Below are positions 51,634-62,025 of a DNA stretch of 64,000 nt, in pieces. Below the pieces are notes generated by a model. It made no database searches. It was not told where the DNA came from and worked only from the letters and a program-made list of their open reading frames with translations. A program made the translations under genes and the position numbers. The first letter of the stretch is position 1. Every line of letters begins with the position of its first letter. The stretch is from Basidiobolus meristosporus CBS 931.73 (Eukaryota; Fungi; Basidiobolomycota), in assembly GCA_002104905.1 (NCBI GenBank), contig MCFE01000010.1, positions 1 to 64,000 of the forward strand, read 5' to 3'.

Positions 51634-52500
51634 TGGACGTATCGATATGCACCTCTGTCGGTATAAGTGACGCGCTTAACGAACCGCCCGACCTGAATCC
51701 CGCTGTGGGTGATATAGGAGAGGCGTCAGCTGGGAAGTGACACGAGGGAGGTCACCTGATTGGTCGGTCGATATCAATCTTCCTTCCCTGATCCCAATTG
51801 GGGTTTTTTTTGAACCCGATTGTTTGATGTGGTCTAGCGAGGTTTCAACCGCGGTATCAGCTCGGAATACATTCGCTCGACCGTTCCTAAAAATATTCCC
51901 TAGGGTGAGCGGCCTTGGTCCCGCGGAGGGAAACCCGATGTTGACAACACCCCAGAGGGCCATGCTACGAACCCACTCCACTGTAGCCTATTCGAACCAC
52001 GAGGGGCACGTTGGTCGCATCCAATGCAGCTCAGAATCCCCTGAACCTGATTCAACGTGGAGCCATTCGCGACTGGTTCTAAACCTAGACTCTGGTCAAC
52101 CGTTCAATCACCGTGACGAGGGGACGCCGATCGCCGTGTCCAAGATGCATCATCACACCCATCAACAGAACGAAGGTTTGGGCCGTACTGGCCGGTCCCC
52201 ATCCACAGTTCGGTGGTCTCATGGGTCTGAGACCAGGCCCCCGAATTGGATCTGGATGGCTCCAATTCGCCAGATGGTCAAACATCACCTGCTGAGGTAG
52301 CCAAGGGTCCTTGGATTCCCATTGGCGACTCCTGGCATATGAGCACTGCCTCGCAAAATTGCATAACCCAGCTCACCAAGTCCATTCTGCATGATATCCC
52401 GGGGGTCGAGGCGGCTCTGTAGCATACAACTTTCACGCCCAGTAACTCCGCCAAGCCCCTATTGGTATGGGGACGTGACGGTGTACTACCCACACTTACC
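51634..52500. ncRNA. Candidate structured non-coding RNA or very long structured 5' leader, identity and strand unresolved
   Basis: No protein-like ORF. Several nested helices, including a 22-bp interrupted stem at 52199-52259. Flanked by intron-like signals on both strands. See findings. Confidence 0.35.
51756..51765 (-). promoter_or_regulatory. CCAAT box upstream of HAP3
   Basis: gaCCAATcag on the minus strand, ~235 nt upstream of the HAP3 ATG. Matches the NF-Y preferred context; function is inferred. Confidence 0.4.
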
Positions 52501-52769
52501 CGTGTGAATGTGGTGTCAGTTTGCTGAATCACACTTGTTGGACTACTGCTCTATTCCAAATAGTTTATTAGGCGAAGTGGGTCTTGGGAAAGGGAAAAGG
52601 AAAAGGAAGAGGCGGGAAGGATGCTGGGAATAAGGAGGGCACGCTACGCAAGGCCGGCGAATGTGAACTAGGAACACACTACGTGCCCACTGCAAATGAA
52701 GGATGGTTTATTCAAACGGTGAAAATTGTATGAATGTAATAAACTAAACTATTAAAGAATACTCGTAAT

Positions 52770-55700
52770 CTACAATTGGCAGGTACCAGGTGCCGGAGGT
52801 TTCGGTGTGGTTTGAGGTTGAGGTTGGGCTCGGTTGTGGATCATGTGGGATTTCACCAGATCACCCGACGCCAATGCAGAACAAAGCGACAGCTCTCCGG
52901 CCAGGACTGCGGCGCAGATGATGCGAGCTAGCTGCTGGGAATTGGCACCAGGCTCGGTGGGATGTGGTCCACGAACCCCCAAGATATCGAGACACGCCGA
53001 CTGAGGGGGTAATTGGGTACCTCCTCCGATCGTACCCACTTCAATTGATGGCATGGTGCAGGTCACCAACAGATCTTGTCCGTCGTTCACCGCCTCCATC
53101 AAAGTGATACATGTAGAACTTTCGACATTCTGGGCTGGGTCTTGTCCAGTGGCGAGGTAAATGGCGGTTAGAATGTTGGCGGCATGAGCGTTGAAGCCAC
53201 CAATTGAACCAGCCATGGCAGAACCAACCAAATTTTTGGAGATATTCAGCTCAACCAAGGCGCTGACCGAGGTCTTGAGGACCTTCTTGACCACCTCTCC
53301 AGGAATCACCGACTCGGCGACAACCGATTTGCCACGACCTTCGATCCAGTTGATGGCAGCTGGCTTCTTGTCAGTGCAGTAGTTGCCACTAAGAGAGATG
53401 ATCAGCATTTCGGGGAATTGCTCCCTCAATGCGACTAGCGCCTTCTCAACGCCCTTGGAAATCATGTTCATTCCCATGGCGTCTCCGGTAGCAGTGACAA
53501 ATCGAATGTATACCAAGCGTCCTGCCAATGTGACCTTGAGCTTCTTGAGTCTTGCGAAACGGCTGGTGGAGTTGAAGGTGGAGACAATGAAGTCGAACCC
53601 TTCTCCCTCGACCCATTTCTTGCAGGCGTTGGCCCGGGTGATATTGGGGAATTCAAGCACCGGTCCTCTGGTCATACCGTCGTTGGTGAGCACGGTAATG
53701 GCCCCTCCGCCAGCATTCATCGCTTTGCATCCACGTGCAGTGGAGGCAACTAAACAACCCTCAGTAGTGGCCATAGGGATATGATAGAGTTTACCATCGA
53801 TATTAAGAGGGCCGGCAATACCCACAGGGATAGGCATATAGCCGATGACGTTTTCACAGCATTGGCCCATCACTTTAGTGTAGTCATAATGCTCAACTGG
53901 GAGCGCACTGTTCTCGAGCGACTTGGTGACTGATGCACGGGAGATCAGGGAGCGGCGAATCTTTACGGCGCGGACATGGTCCTTCAACACCTTCTCAAGA
54001 GCATAAGGAGCGATCTTGCCATTGTTAACGAGGGACAGAACTTCGGAGTCGGTCAACCCGTAGGGTCCTGCCTCCGAGTTCAGCACAGTTAGGCATTCAT
54101 CCACAGGACGAATAACATCACTAGTGGGGATTTCCATCTTTACTGGGGCCTCAACAGGCTTGGAGAGAGGGGCAGCAACTGGCACTGGAGCCTCAGGCTT
54201 GGTCAACGCCTTACTAGCGTTTGCGGTGGACTCACCCTCGTGTTGTTCAGTTTTAGAGAGGTTGTAAAGGTAAGCGTTGAACACCAACGATGCAACCAAA
54301 CAGGCGAAGGTCAGAATATAAACGATGGTATCCTTCATGTACAAGTCGATCAAATGTGCGATGACATACACGGACTCCATCAACTCCCTGGTGACAGACT
54401 CGGAGTTGACCAGGCGGAATACCAGTGGAGCAGAGATATCAACGACAAGTGGATGTTCAGCTTGATGAGTAGACAGAAGACTCAAACCAGACTGAATTGC
54501 TGGCTCACTGAAATCAAGGGAAACGGAGTCGCCAATTGATTCGCTGTTCAAGGGGCTGTATATGTTGAACATATGAATGGCCAAGAATCCGAAGATCATC
54601 AATAGCTTGATACGCGAGATGGTGGGGTTCTCCACCTTCTCGATAGAATCAGCACCAGTGGTATCCTTCAAGGCCTCCATGGTGATTTTCTTGATATAAG
54701 CAGGGCTTGTGTCGTTACGTTCCTTCTTACCGCCGTTCCTTCTCTCCTCACGGATGCGGATCAACTCCAACTTGATGGTTAACACGGCAGTATAGAAAGT
54801 GAAGAGAAAGACGCAATCATAGAATAATATCAAAGCGGCCAACGCCGAGAATTCCTTGAGTCCGTGGACGTTGGAGAATGCGCCACATGCCAATAAGGCA
54901 ATTTCCAGGAAGTAGCTCTTGAGAATGGTGCCACTGACCTTGCTGACACCCGACACCACCTTGTCTTGGACAGAGAGTGGGGTGATAACTCCGTTTTGGC
55001 TTCTAGCGATCGTTTCAACAGTGGGTGAAGACTTGGCGAACAAAACTGCCTTGGTCAGAGTGTATGGCTTCTCGAAGCCAACAGTAATAACCAAGAAAGG
55101 AATTGCCTCGCTTAACATGACGATATTGATTGGGATATTCAAAGCGCGCACGGTGATCAGGGCCAGGATGAACGCGGAGATGCTGGACATCAAAACGGCT
55201 ACCGCAAGAGTGATTTTGGATCCAATTTCACGCATATTGAAGAAGAGAACGGCAATTGTTCCATGCATTAAGATATACGCGATCAAGACCAAGGTGACCT
55301 CGGCACTGTTGGCCTGGTCTACAAGCTCCTTGATCTTGAAGCAAGCATTTACGAATAGGGTCACCAACCAGTGTCCAGTTGTTTTGTCTGAGGCAAGAGT
55401 AGGTGGCACGATATTGGCAACTTGGGCGAGTGAGGCCTTTTCCTCCCACTGAGTGATAAGATTCTTCCCTCTGTCGTCGTTACTGGCAAAGATATAAGAG
55501 AGAACGTAGGTAGAGGAGTCGGTGTTTGTGGAGATAAGATCGTAACTGAGACAAGTAGAATCGTCCAGCTTGAAGCACAGATCCTTGTGGTAGGTATAAG
55601 ACCCCAAGACATCCGAAACAGTCATGTTTTTGGTAAGGTATTCGTCCAACTGAGAGATAGAAGGGAAAACGCCTTGGTTGGGTTCCTCTTCGGAAGCTCC

Positions 55701-55991
55701 GGTAAAGACATGCTTCGAGAGGGTTATTTGCACCTGCTTCATATGGTAACGAGGGGTATTTTCGTATTTCTGAACATCATCAAGCTGGCTAAGGGGGATA
55801 AATTGGTTGTCTAAGCGGACCAAAGTTTCGTTGCTTTGCTTTGGAAGCTGCTCGGCAAAGAGATTGGAGTATCTGATGTTATGCCAAATACCGTAGTACG
55901 CGCAAGAGAACACTATGAAGCATAGGATGATGACTTCTATGGGATTCTTTGCCGACCGCAAGGTAGCAGCTTTGACTGGCGAGACAAACAT
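52770..55991 (-). CDS. HMG1: Class I HMG-CoA reductase with sterol-sensing domain, ~1073 aa
   Basis: SSD ([16 protein letters not shown]), [54 protein letters not shown]. First ATG at 55991; the track's extension to 56219 is probably UTR or intron. Confidence 0.96.
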   Translation of the reverse strand: MFVSPVKAATLRSAKNPIEVIILCFIVFSCAYYGIWHNIRYSNLFAEQLPKQSNETLVRLDNQFIPLSQLDDVQKYENTPRYHMKQVQITLSKHVFTGASEEEPNQGVFPSISQLDEYLTKNMTVSDVLGSYTYHKDLCFKLDDSTCLSYDLISTNTDSSTYVLSYIFASNDDRGKNLITQWEEKASLAQVANIVPPTLASDKTTGHWLVTLFVNACFKIKELVDQANSAEVTLVLIAYILMHGTIAVLFFNMREIGSKITLAVAVLMSSISAFILALITVRALNIPINIVMLSEAIPFLVITVGFEKPYTLTKAVLFAKSSPTVETIARSQNGVITPLSVQDKVVSGVSKVSGTILKSYFLEIALLACGAFSNVHGLKEFSALAALILFYDCVFLFTFYTAVLTIKLELIRIREERRNGGKKERNDTSPAYIKKITMEALKDTTGADSIEKVENPTISRIKLLMIFGFLAIHMFNIYSPLNSESIGDSVSLDFSEPAIQSGLSLLSTHQAEHPLVVDISAPLVFRLVNSESVTRELMESVYVIAHLIDLYMKDTIVYILTFACLVASLVFNAYLYNLSKTEQHEGESTANASKALTKPEAPVPVAAPLSKPVEAPVKMEIPTSDVIRPVDECLTVLNSEAGPYGLTDSEVLSLVNNGKIAPYALEKVLKDHVRAVKIRRSLISRASVTKSLENSALPVEHYDYTKVMGQCCENVIGYMPIPVGIAGPLNIDGKLYHIPMATTEGCLVASTARGCKAMNAGGGAITVLTNDGMTRGPVLEFPNITRANACKKWVEGEGFDFIVSTFNSTSRFARLKKLKVTLAGRLVYIRFVTATGDAMGMNMISKGVEKALVALREQFPEMLIISLSGNYCTDKKPAAINWIEGRGKSVVAESVIPGEVVKKVLKTSVSALVELNISKNLVGSAMAGSIGGFNAHAANILTAIYLATGQDPAQNVESSTCITLMEAVNDGQDLLVTCTMPSIEVGTIGGGTQLPPQSACLDILGVRGPHPTEPGANSQQLARIICAAVLAGELSLCSALASGDLVKSHMIHNRAQPQPQTTPKPPAPGTCQL

Positions 55992-56283
55992 TCTGTGACC
56001 TCTTCCTATGTGATACCAAAGAACAAAATGAAAAAAGTAGAAGTGTGGGGAAGAGACACTGGGAAGGAAAACCAACAGAAAAGAGCCAGGGAGCCAAGAA
56101 ACGCAAGCACTACTTGATTGTTTTATGGAAAATCGGTGTATCAGGTAAGAATAGATTTGGAAATAGTCATTGCTCTGTGGCCGTGAATTAAAACAAGCGA
56201 TATTATCCCAAAACCCCAAAGATTACGAAACGATTGGATAAGGAAATCCGGTAAGATGAGCTCGTGTTCCACACCAGGACCGG

Positions 56284-56301
56284 ATATATATATATATATA
56301 T
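56284..56301. repeat. (AT)n microsatellite in the HMGR/bZIP divergent promoter
   Basis: Uninterrupted atatat... run of about 9 units. Confidence 0.85.
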
Positions 56302-57210
56302 GTTGAATGGGCCCCCTTCCCAATGGAAGGCACCCTATGTTGTAGCGGTGGTGGTGGAGAGTGTATGCAGTCTAAACAAAGTAGTACAGATGAGATACTC
56401 AATACGCATCAAAGTGACCAGTCATTAAATTTATCTTACACTGCAGGGTCAGAAATTTACACAAGAGCCAATCCCGTATGGCTGTAGTAATGGCCTAGAA
56501 GATTGCATAAACTATCGTCCAAGGCACTTCGATATCGACATATTGGTGTGGTTGACCAAGGGCCTTGGAGGTTTGCTTAGATGTCAACGATTACTCTGCA
56601 GAAGTAGCCAGTATTTTCTAAGCCTTGCCCACCCCCCTAAACCCTCGCATATAATTGCTCAGATGAAACATTGTCCATGCTTTACGATGTCTGGAGCAAT
56701 GGTCGTCTAATCCAGTATTCGTTTGCACGTCGGCCTATTTTCTCCGAGCTCTCTCCCCACAAAGGAAACATGATTGGGTGCAGTGTGCCTTAAGTGCATT
56801 CTAGACCACATACAGTTTAGTCAAGAGCTTAATGACGAAATATATGCTATCTCATCTGTACTTTATGCCGTTTGTATTGGCCGGTATTCTGATGTGTGGT
56901 TTAGATCAGCTGTGCTGTATATCGGGAGTGTCTTCCAAATATGTTCTCTTATCAGATCACAAGTCCAAGTTCATAGAAGAGGCACTTGCCAATCACTGCC
57001 ATTTGAACCAAACATCGTTACTAATATATTGCGAACGATCGAAATGTTTTCGTATAATGGCCACTCTTTTGGACCTGTACGGTTCGGTACCTGGTTCAGC
57101 CTTACTGAGTTTTCCATTTTTATTCCCGGATTTCGACCTCGGATAGTTGTTCTTTCGTAAATCACTTCAACCAATTTCCTTCCCAACCGCTCCATTTCGC
57201 TACCGTCACA

Positions 57211-58653
57211 ATGACCTTGGCTGATACTCCCCAAGTTCAGCAAACAGGGAAGTTTGCCTACGGGCTGCTTGACCTGAGTAGGGATCAAGAGTTCCATTTC
57301 TCCGAAAACCCAAGTAAGCTCAACCTGTACTCACACTGGGCCCCTTATCGCTGGGATATTAACCAGCTTGCTATTTGCAGAGGTGGTCCACCAAACCGAT
57401 AAAGCACACCACAAGAAACCTGGCCGGAAGCCACTCACCAATATTCCTGATAGCGTAAGTGTCTGCTTGAGGACGGTGTTATCCGCTAGTAAAACTTTAC
57501 TCACCTGCGGTTTATTTGGCATCGCTAGAAACGTAAGGCACAAATTCTAACCGCACAAAGGGCCTTTCGTGAGCGCAAGAAGTGCTACATCGAGGATCTG
57601 GAGAGCAAAGTCAAAAATTGCGAGCACACACACGATAGCACCATCACTTCCTTACAGAAAGAGCTGCTGGCGCTCAAGGAACGCTTGGCTCACTTGGAGA
57701 AGGAGAACCAAAGTTTGAAGGCTACCGAAAGTGTAATCTACTCACAAGAATACAACGATACCCTGAGCTTCCCTGCCAATACTAGCCCGGAGGCTTTCAA
57801 GGGCCTTCCGGTTAGTTACCAGTTGACACAGCTCCCGACACTTAGCGGACCACTCATATCAGATCTAAACTCACCGGTTCCTTCAGTTCCAGAGCTGGGC
57901 CCTACGCAATACGAAGATCCTTATCAAGTAATCCCGTCTCTTGATTCGTATAGTGTGAGCCTCAATCCTATTGGAGCATCGCGCGTCAATATTTTGTCAA
58001 GCAGCTTGAACTCGGAGCCGGCTCATCTCTCGGAATCGGATCCTTCCACACATTCACTATCGGATCTACCAAAAACACCAAATGATTTACGGGAGCCACT
58101 GAAATATTTGGAACCCGAGTTCGACCGACCACTCTGTCCCCCGATTGCCCCAGTCACGGGATCAGAGCCATCAGGATGCCAATCTAAGCGCAAGGGATGC
58201 TGCGGTTCCAAGTCCAAGCCACCCACGGAGTGTGAGGAGAGCTTGCCACCAGTGATTCCTGAGCTGCCGAAGATTTCGTGTGGTTGTGACTTCGAGGTAC
58301 CCTGCATACCAAAAAACGCGGACGAGGCTGCACTGTGCGAGTCACTGACCTGTGTAGCAGTTGGGGTGCCGGCCACGTCGGTGTCCACCGATCGACTGGT
58401 GTTAGAGCTAGAGGAGGGTGAGGCCAATTCATGCGCATCCACTCATCGCAAGTACATCGGTGCCCGGGACCTGTGGGAGAAATTCTCTGCTCAGCCGGAG
58501 TTTGCTCATCTAAGTATAGATTCGTTGTGTAAGCAACTCAAGAGCAAGATCAAAGTTATAAATGGCTGCAATGGTGAGAAAAGGCATGTCATCATCCCCG
58601 AGGATGAGGTGACTGCAGCTTTTGAGAGATTGCATCTCAGTGGGGCGAACTAA
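57211..58653 (+). CDS. Yap/AP-1-like bZIP transcription factor with C-terminal Pap1/Yap1-type Cys-rich domain, 3 exons (57211-57313, 57381-57454, 57529-58653), 433 aa
   Basis: KKPGRKPLTNIPDS|KRKAQILTAQRAFRERKKCYIEDLESKV plus leucine zipper; C-terminal DLWEKFSAQPEFAHLSIDSLCKQLKSK...VIIPEDEV resembles the Yap1 c-CRD. Confidence 0.88.
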
Positions 58654-58968
58654 CCCATTCATTCCTAATGGAGCGAGCTAGCCCGTGGATTCTAATTGTG
58701 TATATTCGTTTTATGTTCATCTGCGTTTTGCCCATTTTGCTCGTAGCGCTAATAAATATCATGTCTAATAGTCACATCCCACCCCCGTCCCCAAAAGCAT
58801 ATGCCATATAAAATTCGTAAATAGAGGCATCTAGATGTGATGCGAGCTTCTAGACAGGATGAGGTGATCGAGGTGATCGAGGCGATCATTGTTTTGTGAT
58901 TCGCTAGGTATTCCAGGCAACGTCAAAAACATCCCATCCGCCCTCGGTACACCGCTCCCACTCTCAAC

Positions 58969-59661
58969 ATGAACCAACCGAGCTGCGATTTCCCCAAGCT
59001 AAAGAAGACGTACTACGGACTTCGTCACGGGTTCTCCAAGGCGAACGAGCTCAATCTGATTGTGTCCGATCCACGAAACGGCTGCGAGGACTTCGGACTG
59101 ACCGAGCTTGGGGTGCGCCAAGCCAGAAAGGTACGGCTTCGCGTTTGATGTGAACTTCTATCCAAGGCTAACTTAGCTCTCCCGACTGTTGTTCAGGCCG
59201 CGGAGGAGTTTTTGCCGGCGTTTACCGAGCGCTCGGTCAAAGTGTACACAAGTGACTTCCTTCGCACTCGAGAGACCTGCACAAACTTCGTTGATCGTTT
59301 GAACGAGCTTGCCCCAGGACTGGCCGTGAGTGTGGTCATCACCCCGCTGCTACGTGAGAGGTACTTCGGGGAGCTGGAGAAACAAAGCGCAAACAATTAC
59401 CAGAACGTGTGGGAGCTCGATGAAAAGGCTTTGCCAGATACCCAATATCACAGTGAATCGGTTCACGGGGTCCTAAACCGGGCTATTCAGCTAATCAACG
59501 AAATCGAGAGTAAACACGACGATCCCGAGAGCATCGTGTTCGTTTCTCACGGAGATGCCTTGCAAATATTGCAAACGGGCTTCTCAGGCATCCGCCCCGA
59601 GGATCACAGAACCCTGCCACACTGGTCCCAGGGGGAAATCAAAAAGTTCACCAGGAACTGA
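58969..59661 (+). CDS. Histidine phosphatase superfamily (phosphoglycerate mutase-like) protein, 2 exons (intron 59131-59196)
   Basis: YGLRHGFSKAN (RHG phosphohistidine), SDFLRTRET, LLRERYFGELE, VFVSHGDALQIL. Substrate unknown. Confidence 0.88.
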
Positions 59662-59935
59662 GATGGGGTCAATTCAACAAAGCGCCTTGGACTGGTTCGC
59701 ACTGGATTGAATCGCGATTTATTCGATCATTTTGCATGGATTTTTACATGGGGTTTGCATCGAGGGATTTCACTAAACCGTCAACATACGCAAGCGAGTA
59801 ACGTACAACAAGAGGTTAGCCACACCATCGAATAAAGTTAGTTCAATAAAAATGGGCTTTGCAAATGCACTGATCGTTAAACCAGGCCTCACGAGGCGCA
59901 TGTGTCGCGTGCGTTCAGCAGGCTCTGTTGGGCAA

Positions 59936-61729
59936 TCAAACGATGTCGTTGGATGACTGGGATGGACGTCGTTCGATTCGCTTGTAGTTGGCAGTATTCC
60001 GCTTCAAAATATCCACCACCGGTCCGAGAAGCCTCACGAACGCGTCCTTGGATAAGGCGGCGGCTTTCAGGTGGCCGTTGGCCGTGATAGTGGCAACTCT
60101 TGGGGCATCGTTTAGGAAGGCAAGTTCTAGGAACATACAAAAGCTTAGTCGGTCTGGGCATGCATCACAGCTGTCCCATCACACTACCTCCAAAGTAGTC
60201 CCCGGCCTTGAGTCCAGGGAGCGAATGCTCCTCTCCCTCCTCGTCCAACTGGCTGACCGAGGCCTCACCCGACTCGACAATATAGAAATAATCCCCTAAC
60301 GAGCCCTGTTCGATGATGACATCCCCATCCTCATATTCCACTGGCTCCAGGGCGTCCGAGATCTTCACAATCTCCGACGACTCGAGGGAGCGCAGGATGG
60401 GAACGGATTTGAGGAAGGATTCGTACATTCTGCGTTTGCGGAAGGTGTTGTTGGTGATGCTCCGTCTAAATGTGACTCGATCGACTGCCCACAACACTCC
60501 GTCCGTCACCGCTCTAACGGTAGCAGCTCTTGGTGTCTAAAGGACCGACGGTTACAAATTGCGTCAAGATGGACTTGTGTCGCGTACATACGTTATACAT
60601 CAGGGCAAGCTCTCCGAAGCTTCCTCCCTGGCCGACTTGGATCACATGCTTTCCGTTCACGATGATGTCAAACAGGCCGTCGTCCACGACGTAGAAGTTG
60701 TCGCCCTCATCGCCTTGCTTGATGACATCCTCACCAGCCACTACCTTTCTTTCGAACATAGCGTCTACCTAGAGGTGGGGTTGGCTCAGCGCCCGAATTG
60801 CTGCATCAAGTGGCCTTTGGACTTACTATCTCTCGTTTTTGGTCCTCTTCTAGGTTTCTAAACAGCAGGTTCGAAGAGGTGGCCGAGGCGATTCTCATCT
60901 TGGCCTCGTTGCTCTTTGGGATGACTACGCGGGTGTAATCCTCCTCGCTTGGCTTGATGGATTCGGCGCTGACTGAGCCGCGACGTCCTCGATTGTACGG
61001 GACGTTGACCGCCAGCTGGGTGCGTTGAAACCGGGTGGAAAGTTTCTTTTGTGGATTTTGAAAGTCGTCCTGGTCGGTCTTTGGTGGTTGCTCGTCACTA
61101 AGTGGGTGGAGGATAAGGTTGCCCCATGGGGGATGCATAGATTAATTACAGTGGTGGTGGAACAAGGATCGAGCGGAGGATACCCACGCTTCTCTCTTTC
61201 TTTTCTCACTTGTGTTGTCTGTCCGCTCTAATATCGGTTGGACTTAGGCCTGGCGCAAAACATACGTCGGAAAGAAGAAGGAACGTACCTTCTTGTTTCT
61301 CCTTCAGGTACATGGTGTTGACCTCCAAGGCGCATTCTTTCAGGTGCTCCTACGTGGGGTACGTGAGGGTTCAGAAACATGGTAATCCATGTACCGTGTC
61401 AGGGAAATTACCGAATAAGCGGTGTCCGAGCTGGCATCCACCTTTGTCTGAAGCTTGCTCAGACAGTCGATCACGAATTGAAGTGGCTTCTCTGGCTTGT
61501 AAAGTAGAAGCACCGTCATCATGTGCTAGAGAGATCCAGACCAACCGTGGAGAAGATGAAAGAAACGTCAAGTTAGTTTTCGCTGTTGCTTCTGTGGTCG
61601 ATCGCGGACTGGAAATCCACCTCACGGGCGAGTCGTGAAACAATGCATACTAACATCAAATAGGGGCTCCAAATTGAATCTTCGTAGGTACTCTTTATCG
61701 ACAGGGCTTGTTGCGCTTAGACATGTCAT
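59936..61729 (-). CDS. cAMP-dependent protein kinase regulatory subunit, paralogue B, multi-exon
   Basis: N-terminal D/D-like segment ([13 protein letters not shown]|[22 protein letters not shown]), inhibitor site [14 protein letters not shown]|TPRAAT and FG|[13 protein letters not shown]. 5' exon structure reconstructed by hand. Confidence 0.9.
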
Positions 61730-62025
61730 GGCTAAATAAACGGTCGGCGTTACGTCAGGGGAAACGGAGCTTGTCAAAGTAGAGTGGCAGCTGTGTAGTT
61801 GATTTTTTGAAAAGGAATGATTGTGTGATTAGTGCGTGTCAAATGGCCCAATGGGATAGAAGGGGGCGTTTTCAACTAGCAAAATCCGTACTGCGATCAA
61901 TTATTCCTATACATCGATGGGTGATGCGTGATGGGTGATGGGTGATGCGTGATAATAAACATTAATTTATTGAGAATGTATTGAGACATGTCTAAGTGAG
62001 ATGGGATTGCGCAGTCCTGTTGACA

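Noticed and set aside
52448-52475. Minus-strand ACCAATAGGGGCTT resembling RNase MRP CR-V, and plus-strand GGTCTGAGAC (52224) resembling RNase P CR-I
   Set aside because: Each pairs locally in a short hairpin and lacks the distant partner needed for the P4 pseudoknot; the GGAAR/GAAAG prefix is missing.
61098-61183. GTATCCTCC plus CCTTAT in PKA-R paralogue B, resembling a U12 GT-AG intron
   Set aside because: Using the GTATCC donor in the frame set by the upstream exons gives an immediate TGA. The GTGGGT donor 4 nt upstream keeps the frame (KRKREA|DEQPP), so an ordinary U2 intron explains it.
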